Shown in pieces: positions 11,408 to 21,745 of a DNA stretch of 33,000 nucleotides. Numbering within the stretch: position 1 is the first letter of the stretch; each line of letters starts with the position of its first letter. Source of the DNA: Antechinus flavipes (Eukaryota); assembly GCF_016432865.1 (NCBI RefSeq), contig NC_067402.1, forward strand, positions 200,136,001 to 200,169,000, in the 5' to 3' direction. The position numbers and the translations under genes are program-made. The notes beneath the pieces were generated by a model. That model had not been told where the DNA came from. It saw only the letters and a list, made by a program, of their open reading frames with translations, and made no database searches.

Positions 11408-14211
11408 TTAAGCAACTTTCAAGACTTAGAAAAAGCCTGGCATATAGTGGGCACTGCATAAACTACTATGATTAGCATGAAAGTGCCAGGGGACAATGAG
11501 ATAAATCACTTTCTATGAATTGAGAAGTTTGAAAGGTATTTATATGCTTAATGATATTTTAAATGCAAAAAGGCTAAGAGAAACTGTTGAAATTTCTTCC
11601 TCTTTTCAATTTCAATACCATTATATTACAAATATATTATGTGGATATTAGTGTGTGTACATATATATAGACATATATATATACATATACATATATATGT
11701 ATATTTATTTAAATAGAAAATAATACTAAATGACTTACTGTTGGCATGGTAGAATCCTCTCAGGAGATCTTTGCGAAGTTCCTTAGTGTGAGCCCTACTG
11801 ACAGGGCAATGTCAAACTCTGCATCATTGCCTTTGAGAAACTAAGATCTCTCTCACCCAAAGTGAAAAAAAAATGACATTTTTGAATAGTAAAGTGGATG
11901 TTATTTGAGATCAGTTGAAACTCGTGTATCTTTTTAATGCCATTATTGAATCAACTATTCACTGTGTATGAACTTGTAGTGAAGAAGTGAAAACAACAGT
12001 ACAATGCTAAACAGGTCTCTTGGGTCTGGGTGACTTAAGGAAAGGAAGGCATTCCTTTCCAGAACTTCTACCTTCAGCTATACTTTTTAGTTCATAAAAG
12101 GGAGTTATTGTAGCACACATGGGATAATAGATTTAATTAAGCAATAATGGTTTACTTCAGATCCCACCCTAGTGGCAACTCACATGACAGCCACTTATCT
12201 AACTTGTGGACCTTTTAAGCAGCTTCCCTTTCAAGTCACATTGGCTGTCTGCTAGCTTGCATCCCTCTTTGAGCACTTATAGCAGATTATAATTGTGTCA
12301 AGTCAGTCCTTGATCAAAGTTGAACTATTCCCTAATTCTAAAGATAAGGCTCCTTCTGAGACTATAGCCTCCACCAAGGAAACTGTGCACAAGTATGACC
12401 TATTTGTCTACATGAATGCTGTTGAGGGGATTTCATTTCAGTCTTATCCCAATGTATTCTAGAAATAGTCTAATCTTTTCCCTTTAGCTTTCTCTGCCAA
12501 CCAGGGGATGAGGGAGGTGGAAGGAATGATAGTTACTAATAGATGAAATTTGTGAATACTTTAAAAAATTCTAAATGTGATTTTAAGGCTAATATGTGAG
12601 AAAAGCCCTAAGCTATTATAATTAGTAAAGTTTTGCTGTTTGAGAAAGTCTCTTGGGACTTCAGTTTGCTGTTATTCTGAGTCTTGAATGCAGGTCTAAG
12701 TGTCTTAGCCTTGCATAAGGCTGCTGGTTCATCATTCAAGGGAAATGTCATGTATCTCTACACTATAATAACTTCAGTAGGTGATGTCTGTCCCTGGGCA
12801 AGTTGAGAGAATGATTTTCTGAAAGTGAAGGTAGGATTTTTCCACCTTCCTTGGTGAATAAGAACTTTTCTAATCTGGTCATAAAGTCCTGTCATATTAT
12901 TAGCTACTTATGACTCTCCTACCTGAAATCAAAGAGAACTAATGCTGCTATGTCCTGCTTTCTCATGCAGCAAATTCCATTGACAAGGATAAGTATTTAA
13001 AAAAAAGAAAAGAAAGAAAAAAAGATGAACTCTATTAAGTGATTAGTTATATATGCTAGTATAGTGAGGGTTTATTTTGAATTGTCATTTTGAATCACAA
13101 ATAATGAAGTCTTATCATTGATGGGCTAGTTTATAAAATATCACCCTGTAACATTCTTTCATCATGATAAAATAGGAGATGTAACACAAATTTCCAAAAT
13201 TGGATTAAGTATTTTACATGTAAAAATTGTTTGAAACTTCTAATAATGTGTAAGAGAAATATTCATTTTCCAATAAAGGCCCTCATCATGTAATAATTGT
13301 AATAATTAAAATTCTCAAGTTCTAGTTGAATTTTGTGTTTTCAACATACTAATTGTTGTTGTAGCTCTTAATGAGTTTGAGTTAAATCTTGACAACTTGA
13401 AACAGATCTAGAAGGAAAAAGTCATTTTAGAGCTTTTTTTTTTTTTAAAAAGAATATGATTTGTTTTAAAAATATAAAATTCAATGCCTTGAATTTTTTT
13501 TAATCTACATCAAGGATATATGATCTTAGTCATTAAGGATGAAATTTAGCTATGAAACTGATCATTGGAACTTGCCGTTAGAACTCATGGGACTGTAACT
13601 GACATTCTGGGTCGTCTTCTAGGATTGATCATCAAGGAATCCTATCCCGCCAATGATCCCTCATGCCAGAACCCTATGGGGCAAATATCCACGAATTACA
13701 GGCGGGGTACTCATGGGGAAGCTGGGAGAGTGACTCTTGGCGTGAAACAGGTCGGCTTTTCCTAACATGAGTTACCCAATATAATTTTGTCCCATAATCC
13801 CAACCGGACATGCTAATCCACATTTCCGAGGAGAGACCACAGAGCGGTGGGAAGCCTGGTGACCTGGGAGGCTGAAGGCAGATCCGGAGCCTGGTCCTGG
13901 ATGTACTTTGCCTCCTCGGATTAAGTTTACTGACCCATTTTTGGAGAGGGACCTCCCGGTCCCAAGGCCGGCGCTTCCTTCGTCCTCCCGCCCGGAGCTG
14001 AGTTTGGGGACAGCTGTCAGAGATGTGCGAGACAGGAACTCTGGACTTGTTACTAGAAATATTTTCACTTGCGGCACAAAAAACAGTTGAGAAGAGGCAG
14101 CAAGACAAGTTCGGGACTGAAGACTGGCCGTCGTGACCCTTCCCGCTCGGGGACGCCCGCTTTCTTCCTCCGGCCGGACTCGCGCACGTACCAGTACCAG
14201 ACACGAAGTTC

Positions 14212-14227
14212 AGCCGTTACAACGGCT
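14212..14227. promoter_or_regulatory. Palindromic double MYB site (AGCCGTT-AC-AACGGCT)
   Basis: A perfect 7-bp inverted repeat contains CCGTTA (TAACGG on -, 14214-14219) and CAACGG (14220-14225), both matching YAACKG. Further CCGTTA sites lie at 13575-13580 and 14368-14373. Confidence 0.6.
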
Positions 14228-14330
14228 AGGAACGGGACAGGGGGCACGGGAGGGGGAGGGGAGGGGAGATGGTGGGGGTGGGGTAGGAGGGCGCCACCTT
14301 TTCTATCCGCCGCAGCAGGGTGCGGTGCCA

Positions 14331-14344
14331 GTAGTTATGGCAAC
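14331..14344. promoter_or_regulatory. RFX X-box-like motif
   Basis: GTAGTTATGGCAAC matches the canonical GTTGCCATGGCAAC at 11 of 14 positions, with one perfect half-site. Confidence 0.5.
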
Positions 14345-14982
14345 AAACGCTGCTTGATGACTCCGACCCGTTACTGGGCCCTCCAGACCCGGCTCTAGTG
14401 AGATGGGCGGTTGGGGGGCGGGGGGGCAGGAGAGGCGGGGGAAGATTCGGGGAAACTGAAGCTTGGAACCGCCACTAGCAGAGTCCCTGGAGACGCCTGG
14501 GTGGGGGAGGGCGCACGGCGCTGGGAGGGGTCCTGCAAGGGCTGGGTAGGGGGCTGAGGGTGGAGGCAGAGGAGGGCGCCTGGAGCCCATCCTGGAGGCA
14601 GCGAGGCGGGGATGGACGTCCAGCTTTGGGGGGTGGTTCAGAGAAGGGACAGGAATTGATAAGAGCTGGGTAGGGGAGGAGCCTGTTTGGGCAGAGAGGA
14701 GATTCCGGGGCGGCTATTTTCTTTCCTCCCCACCCTGTGCCTGTATGCAGTAGGTGCAGAGCAAACGCTTATAGATCTAAGCCAGAGAAAGGGCCAAAGC
14801 CGTCCCAGACAGCCTAAGTCCGATGGAGAACGGGCAGCAAGAGCAGCAGAGAGGGTGGCAAGGAGAGATAATGGGAGTGAGTGGCAGGTCAGTCAATTAA
14901 CTGATAATGCACTTGCTGTGTGCTAAGGGAGCTGTCCAACTGACAGCTGAATGGAGCAAAGGAGCTCAGGAGAGAGTTGGAA

Positions 14983-14984
<2 letters not shown>

Positions 14985-15019
<35 letters not shown>
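14985..15019. repeat. (AC)n microsatellite, ~17 units
   Basis: Read directly from the sequence. Confidence 0.97.
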
Positions 15020-15021
<2 letters not shown>

Positions 15022-15029
15022 TACACTAA

Positions 15030-15200
15030 TTTTTATTTCATTTGATCCTCACAAAAACCCTGTGAGATATGATACCCATTTTTTACATGAGAAGACTGAG
15101 GCAGACAGAGGTACAATTATTTGGCTAGGGTCACACTATTTAGTGTCTGAGACTAGATTTGGACTCAGGTCTCCCTGAGTCTAGGCTCAGTGCTCTTCAG
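15030..15200 (-). mobile_element. MIR/MAR1-like SINE
   Basis: ttcatttgatcctcacaaaaaccctgtgag...gagaagactgaggcag...agggtcacac...gatttggactcaggtct. Confidence 0.8.
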
Positions 15201-15543
15201 CAGCCAAAAGTATATGATGAATGACAAACTGGATTAATTCATGTGGAAGGCAAACTGGAAAAGAGATCCAGCGACACCCAAATGTCTATGTTACGAGCTT
15301 CCAGCCCCCATGCGCTTCATCCCTTGCACCCACACCTGCAGACTGCAGCCTGCCCTCACCTCACTAGGTTCTCCTGGGTTAATGAGCCTCTCCACTTACT
15401 AGCTGGCCCTTCTACCCTGCTTCATTATCTTGGTGCACAGCCCTCCACCCCCCACGGTAGTTATTTTATTGACATTTCTTCCTCCTCCTCCTCCTCGACC
15501 TCCCAGAGAACAAGCTCTGGTGAGCCCTCCCATAGACTCCCAT

Positions 15544-17525
15544 AAGCAGAATGAAGTGACTTTTCCACAGTCACATAACTAGGAAGTTTCTGAGTACAGA
15601 TTTGAACTCAGGTTTTCCTGATTCCAGACCCAGCACTGTGCACTAATGGCGCCCCTTAGTGGCGCAGTGAGGGGATAAATACGGACAAAACACTATGTCC
15701 TGGTTACAGTTCCTTACTCCAGGCCGACTGAGCCGGCTTTTTCTTGTACATCTCAAACACATGATGTTAAATCTACAATGGGAATTTTAGGAGTCAACAT
15801 GCCCCTTTGGGGGAATGTCAGGTTCAAGCAGGCTGGGAGGGCTCTGAGCCCAGGTCCAGAGATGGACAAGAGAATCTGCTCTCAGAGGACCATCCTTCCT
15901 AAGTGAAGGATGGATTCCGCAGCCACAATGACCTTCAAAGATCATTTAGTAAGGCAGAGGGTCACAATCTGCAGCAGTGGAGGGAGGACCCCCCACCAAG
16001 GTCACTGAAGATGGAGAAGGGAGGAAGGAAAAACACTCATTCATTCCTTTGCTATCCCAAAGCCTTTAGGCCAACCCCAGTTGCACAGGAATCTAAGAAA
16101 TGATAAGAGATATACAGCAGGTATACAACAGGTGTACAATAGGTATGTCCTCTGAATTACAATACCAAGGCCATAGGTGGACCAGGAGTCTCCCCCAAGT
16201 CAATCCTTTCCAAAAAAACAGGATATTTATAAAGTTCTCCCTCAGTCCCCAATATCATTGTCCTTAATGGGGCCAACTAAAGAGGCTTGAGCAGTGGTTA
16301 GGGCACGGGGCCTTGACCTTCCAGTTGGATTCTGAACTCTACATGAAGGACATCCCATCCTTGAGCTCTGCTTTCATCTCCTAGATGGGGGCTATTGACG
16401 GACTGACCAGGCATCTGTTGGATTTGCAGATAGCCTTCGGGGATGGATCAGGGGAATCCCTGGCTCTGGATAGGTTCTTGCTGCTGGACACAAGCTCCAA
16501 CCTCAACAAGGAGGGGACAGCCCTCCCATAAGATAGACCCTTCTCTCTCCCCTGCTCCAAGTAGTCCCCAGAGTCAGGGCACCTCTTATTAGTGGGATCT
16601 CTGCTGATGTCCACCCTAAATTTGCCCCTCTTTCCTAGTCCTAACCCCTGGGGCACAGTTATTCTATCCTTTATCTCCCCCATTCTTTTCCAGAGGTGGA
16701 ATCTGGTCGTCTATTACCCAAGGTAGCATTGATTTTCTTGGCTGCTGTATCATACTGTCAACTCAGGGAAGCTGGAGTCTCTTTAAGACCCTCGGATCAT
16801 TTTCAGACAAAGGAAGCAGACCCTTCTGACTTGTTTCCTCCTACAGATGTCCATGGAGGCTTTCTTCTTCTGATAAAAATGGTGACAGACAGGGATTCAC
16901 AGGGAGGAGACTAACCAAACATCCCTTTCAGGGGCTGCTCAGGTTCCTGGTCCGGCCTTGCCTGAAACATTTGTGACTCCCTGGAGCCAGGCTGCTGTCA
17001 GGGTTTATGCTGCTTCTACAGATGAGGAAAGGGCAGCTGGGGTGAGGGAGAACTGAAGCATCCACAGAGTGGATGGAAAACAGGAGCTTGTAGAGTTCTC
17101 ACTTACCAGCAGGCACTCTAGAACATTAATCGGGCCATTTGGGGTTCAGTCACGTCTGACTCTCCCTGACTCCATTTGGGTTTTCTGGGCAAAGGGACAG
17201 GAGTGGATTGCCATTTCCGACAGATAAGAAAACTGAGGCAAGCAGAATGAAGTGACTTTTCCACAGTCACATAACTAGGAAGTTTCTGAGTACAGATTTG
17301 AACTCAGGTTTTCCTGATTCCAGACCCAGCACTGTGCACTAATGGCGCCCCTTAGTGGCGCAGTGAGGGGATAAATACGGACAAAACACTATGTCCTGGT
17401 TACATTTCCTTACTCCAGGCTGACTGAGCCGGCTTTTTCTTGTACGTCTCAAACATATGATGTTAACTCTACAATGGGAATTTTAGGAGACAACACGCCT
17501 CTTTGGGGGAATGTCAGGTTCAAGC
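15544..17525 (+). repeat. 286-bp dispersed direct duplication (15544-15829 and 17240-17525), 8 mismatches
   Basis: Compared base by base. The first 165 bp are identical and all 8 mismatches fall in the last 121 bp. The 17240 copy continues leftward into the rest of its SINE (~17140-17240), whereas the 15544 copy is truncated. Confidence 0.96.
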
Positions 17526-19009
17526 TGGTGTCGGGAGGAAAGGAAGCAAAGAAACTCAGAGATTTTCCCGTTTAATCAACACACACTTGGTAAACCCTGC
17601 ACTCCCTATGAAGTACTTACTGTATACAGACACATAACCTTATCCTTAGCTGGGGGAGACTCAAAAGAACAGATGGGAAAATTCTTGTACTCTGGGCACA
17701 CTCTGCCTGGTCAAAAGCAGAGCCCTTTAGGCTGCTCCCTGAATCTAATAGATGATAAATTCCGTGCTGGGAGGGCTGTGCAAAACCTGGCATGCTCACG
17801 GATGCCCTGGGAAAGCTGGGGATTGTTACTGTTCAGGGGAAGAAGCTACATGATTCTCCCCCTGAAAATCCCTGCCAGGGCCATCTTTCTGGAAATGAGC
17901 CATGCAAAATCCTTGGGGAAGGATTGCATCCATGGGTGGAGGGAGCCAGCAGGGCACTGAATGCCAGCTAAATGCCAGGCTCTGGCAGGATTTCCTCCTC
18001 CCCCCCAGGGGAATGTCATGACAGAGTCCCTGCAGGCTGCTGTTCTTTGATGAATGGGAACCCTCTGCTTTGCTGGAGGAGGTTGGCTCGGTTTAGACAA
18101 GGTGGGAAGCTGCCTCAGGGCAGGACAGGGTCTCAATCTCCCTGGGTCAGCCTGTGGGTGAGGATGACAATCCCTCTCTAAAAAACTGGGGACCTAAGTG
18201 GGGGATGAGGGAAAGGCACAATTCCTCATCTAAAGACCCTCCTTGGTTCAGCTTTTCCTAAGGCCGAGAAAAGGACCCATCTTGGCCACCTTTGAATGTC
18301 CTCTCCTACCATTTTAATACAAGAAATCAGAGAAAAATTGGCTCAGAGCAGTGGGACCAGGGGACAGCCCTCTGCCACGTGGGATTTCTCTGTCCTTTGA
18401 TCCGATGGTGCTTCATGACTCTGTTGTGCAGCTCTCATTATTACTATTATTAGAAATTCTCTGGGGTCTGACAGAAATGTCCTGGAAAGAGCCCCATCCT
18501 GCCGAGCTCCCCATGGCTTCCATATTTTTTGTTCTCTCACCTCAGTTGATTGTGCTCAGTGGCTGGAGGTAAGCTGCTCCTCCACTTCCTCTTCCCACAC
18601 CTCCTCAGCAGCCTTGAAGTCACGGGGCCCGTCCATCCTCCAGAGAGCGGTCAGAGCTGGGACTGGAAGCCAGGCTGCAGTCTCTAGAACTCTCTTACCA
18701 GGCCCAAGAACTCTCCCGATTGTGAAACTTGACAGTTTCTCTGGTATTCTACCCACAGTAGCCCTGAGAGTGGAGGAGTCAGTAGCAGAGAGGTGCTCCC
18801 CGCTTATGGATGACAAAAGGGGACATCACATAGCCAGTATGGGGAGTGAGGCAGAACAATTTGGGGAAACTGAGTCAAGACAATTAGGGAAACTGAGTCA
18901 GGACAATAAAAGAGAACTGTGGCACAACAGGGTGTCATTTGCAATACTCCCCACTGCCTTTCTCTAGCTTGTCTTTTGTTTCTCAGTGTTTCTGTGCCAT
19001 TCACCGTAG

Positions 19010-19138
19010 ACTAGAATCCCCATGAAGGCAGGGATGCCTTGGTCATCTTTATTTCTCACCCTTACCCCTGCCACAGATGGTGCATTGCACACAGCAGGTG
19101 CTTAAGGATGATGCATTGCACAATATTAAGTGCTTAAG
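19010..19138 (+). mobile_element. L2 3'-end fragment with a ~31-bp tandem duplication of its terminus
   Basis: tagaatccccatgaaggcagggatgcc...tgcattgcacacagcaggtgcttaag; tgcattgcaca recurs at 19081 and 19112. Confidence 0.7.
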
Positions 19139-19495
19139 AGATACAGAAAGAATGCCTCAGGTTCAAGGTCAGCTCTGCACTGGAGGCTAATTTAAAAGGT
19201 CGGCTTTGCAGAGGCCAGGCGAGGATTATTCACTACCAGGTCAGAAGACAACTGGCCAGAGCCCAGAACCAGAACTGTTCCACTTGATCACAGAGGTTTG
19301 TTTCTGGAGATGGAGCCAAGATGAAGTAAAAGGCAGGAAGTCCACCACCTCTCCCTCAAAGGGAGCCAAATTCCTTTAATGACTCAAAAAAAATGAGAGC
19401 ATCAGAACGCCCCAGAACAGTTTCCAGCTGGAGGCAACTTAGATCAGCAGAAAAGGTCTGTGGAGACAGGGTGGGAGCCCAGCGTGCAGGACTCA

Positions 19496-20446
19496 CTAGT
19501 ATAGTCCGGGCTCCAGCTCCAGTCCTAGCCCGGCCTGAGCAAAGCAGGACTCCTGAATCAACCTGGTACTAGTGGTTTCCAGCCCCCTCAGCCCCGAGAC
19601 ACCAAAGCAGACTTGGAAGGAGAGCAGAAAAGGTCTGTGCTCCAGCTCCAGTCCTAGCCCGGCCTGAGCAAAGCAGGACTTCTGAATCAGCCTGGTACTG
19701 GTGGTTTCCAGCCCCCTCAGCCCCGAGACACCAAAGCAGACTTGGAAGGAGAGCAGAAAAGGTCTGTGCTCCAGCTCCAGTCCTAGCCCGGCCTGAGCAA
19801 AGCAGGACTTCTGAATCAGCCTGGTACTGGTGGTTTCCAGCCCCCTCAGCCCAGAGACACCAAAGCAGACTTGGAAAGAGAGCAGAAAAGGTCTGTGCTC
19901 CAGCTCCAGTCCTAGCCCGGCCTGAGCAAAGCAGGACTCCTGAATCAGCCTGGTACTAGTGGTTTCCAGCCCCCTCAGCCCAGAGACACCAAAGCAGACT
20001 TGGAAGGAGAGCAGAAAAGGTCTGTGCTCCAGCTCCAGTCCTAGCCCAGCCTGAGCAAAGCAGGACTCCTGAATCAACCTGGTACTGGTGGTTTCCAGCC
20101 CTCTCAGCCCAGAGACACCAAAGCAGACTTGGAAGGAGAGCAGAAAAGGTCTGTGCTCTAGCTCCAGTCCTAGCCCGGCCTGAGCAAAGCAGGACTTCTG
20201 AATCAACCTGGTACTAGTGGTTTCCAGCCCCCTCAGCCCAGAGACACCAAAGCAGATTTGGAAAGAGAGCAGAAAAGGTCTGTGCTCCAGCTCCAGTCCT
20301 AGCCCAGCCTGAGCAAAGCAGGACTTCTGAATCAACCTGGTACTAGTGGTTTCCAGCCCCCTCAGCCCCGAGACACCAAAGCAGACTTGGAAGGAGAGCA
20401 GAAAAGGTCTGTGCTCCAGCTCCAGTCCCAGGCCCAGCCTGAGCAA
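19496..20446 (-). CDS. Putative 316-codon repeat ORF/exon (43-aa unit LGLELEHRPFLLSFQVCFGVSGLRGLETTSTRLIQKSCFAQAG); coding status unproven
   Basis: This is the only frame I found open across all units, and 7 of 9 inter-unit variants are synonymous in it. It has no ATG and no recognised homologue. Confidence 0.25.
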   Translation of the reverse strand: MLRLGLGLELEHRPFLLSFQVCFGVSGLRGLETTSTRLIQKSCFAQAGLGLELEHRPFLLSFQICFGVSGLRGLETTSTRLIQKSCFAQAGLGLELEHRPFLLSFQVCFGVSGLRGLETTSTRLIQESCFAQAGLGLELEHRPFLLSFQVCFGVSGLRGLETTSTRLIQESCFAQAGLGLELEHRPFLLSFQVCFGVSGLRGLETTSTRLIQKSCFAQAGLGLELEHRPFLLSFQVCFGVSGLRGLETTSTRLIQKSCFAQAGLGLELEHRPFLLSFQVCFGVSGLRGLETTSTRLIQESCFAQAGLGLELEPGLY

Positions 20447-20497
20447 AGCAGGACTTCTGAATCAACCTGGTACTGGTGGTTTCCAGCTCTCTCAGCC
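19511..20497. repeat. Tandem array of a 129-bp unit, 7.6 copies
   Basis: The motif tccagctcca (tctagctcca in unit 6) starts at 19512, 19641, 19770, 19899, 20028, 20157, 20286 and 20415. Nine variable sites occur among units 1-7. A degenerate partial unit lies at ~19418-19500. Confidence 0.98.
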
Positions 20498-20789
20498 ATT
20501 TATTTCAAGGACTTTCCCCTTTTTATACCCTCATACCCTTATGCAGCAAAAATACTGTGCATGTGGGACCACATAAACAACTTGTTATTGTACGTAGTTT
20601 GCCTCCTGGTATCTCTCTGCTTCAATCACAACACAGGTTGTCACCCCCCATACACTTCTCAGGAAAGTCTGAGAGCCCTTAGGGGAGATGAGGAGCCAAA
20701 CCAGACATTGTCAGCAAGTTCCCTCAGGGCTGGAGGGTTTTTTACTTTATCCAGAGTTCCCCCACTGACTGTGACCCTCTACAATAATC

Positions 20790-21230
20790 TATGCTCAAAG
20801 GGCTATAAATTCATGCATATCCTTTGACCTAATAATACCATTATTAGGTATGAATACACAAGATTTGAAAGGAAAAGTACAAAGATATACACAAATGTAG
20901 AAACTCTTCTCTGAGCAAAAAATTAGAGATTGATGCCCATCAATTGGGGAATAGTTGAGTGAACTGTGGTGTGTGATTGCCATGAAATATTGTTCTGTGG
21001 GAAGTGATAAGGAGGATACTCTCAAAAAAAATCACCTGGAAAGTCCTCCATAAACTCAAGCAAAGTAAAATATATTGTATACAAAGTAATAGCAATGATG
21101 AGCAACTGAATGGCTTTGCTATTCTCAGCAGTACAATGATCCATGACTACTATGAAGGACTTAAGATGAAAAATCCCAGCCATACCCAGAGAAGAAATTG
21201 TGTCTAAATATATATTGAATCATATTCTCT
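20790..21230 (+). mobile_element. Marsupial L1 3' region (end of ORF2 and 3' UTR), sense
   Basis: ggctataaattcatgcatatcctttgacc..., gatgcccatcaattggggaatagttgagtgaactgtgg, gatgaaaaatcccagccatacccagagaagaa. Confidence 0.85.
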
Positions 21231-21509
21231 TTTTTTTTTAAGAAGCTATTTTTCTTGGAAAGTTAGGGTGGGAGCTCTAAGTTTTATTTCACAACATGAC
21301 TTTTATGGAAATGTTTTGCATAAATTTATATGTAGTTTCTTAAGGGGGATTGGGAGATAAGAATAAGAGAATCTGGAACTCAAAAGTTTTAAAAAAATGT
21401 AAATTGTTTTGAATGTGAGTGGGAAAAATATTAAATTAGAGTTATAGCTAAATACAATTAAGGAAAAAATAAGGCAGGAATAAAGTGACTTGCCACAGAT
21501 AGTGTCTTA

Positions 21510-21745
21510 AGTTTTCTCAGTCATGTTCTACTTTTACTGAGTTCATTTTGGGGATTATTTTCCATCTTATTTACTGACAAACTGAGGCAAACAAGTGATT
21601 TGCTCAGGGTCACACAGCTAGCAAATGTCTGAGGTGGGATTTGAACTCAAGAAGATGAGGCTTCCTGATTCCAGGCACCAGTGCTCTCTATCCACTGCCC
21701 TATCTACTGAAAGTCTGAGACAAGATTTGAATTCACATTCTCCTA
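21510..21745 (-). mobile_element. MAR1/WSINE-like SINE fragments
   Basis: aactgaggcaaacaagtgatttgctcagggtcacacagctagcaaatgtctgaggtgggatttgaactcaagaagatgagg. Confidence 0.8.

Larger units (their letters stand above)
8977..11797 (-). other. Candidate small exons of an unidentified minus-strand spliced transcript in an AT-rich block
   Basis: Candidates are 11797-11739 (ccctgtcag|...CCAACA|gtaagt), 9886-9814 (ttcctctttgtag|...ACGCAG|gtaaaa) and 9017-8977 (ttttttatag|...GCTTAG|gtaaaa). The last two splice in frame to GVTDYSKQDNFKETISSKLISFTQ-PVSFDCTLHEKRL. The protein was not recognised. Confidence 0.35.
13560..14600. promoter_or_regulatory. CpG island / probable promoter with G-rich (G4-prone) tracts
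   Basis: There is an abrupt rise in GC and CpG relative to the AT-rich block on its left. G-runs occur at ~14238-14290 and ~14410-14442. The island carries the MYB and RFX-like motifs listed separately. Confidence 0.7.

Noticed and set aside
13674-14590. ORFs of 100-176 aa in the CpG island as CDS
   Set aside because: Low-complexity, GC-driven open frames with non-ATG starts and no recognisable homology.
16385-16531. Plus-strand short ORF MGAIDGLTRHLLDLQIAF... after a good acceptor
   Set aside because: No donor, no partner exon and no recognised homologue, so it cannot be supported.
19511-20497. CRISPR-like array or plus-strand coding repeat
   Set aside because: The units have no unique spacers and the DNA is eukaryotic. 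All three plus frames contain stops in most or all units.
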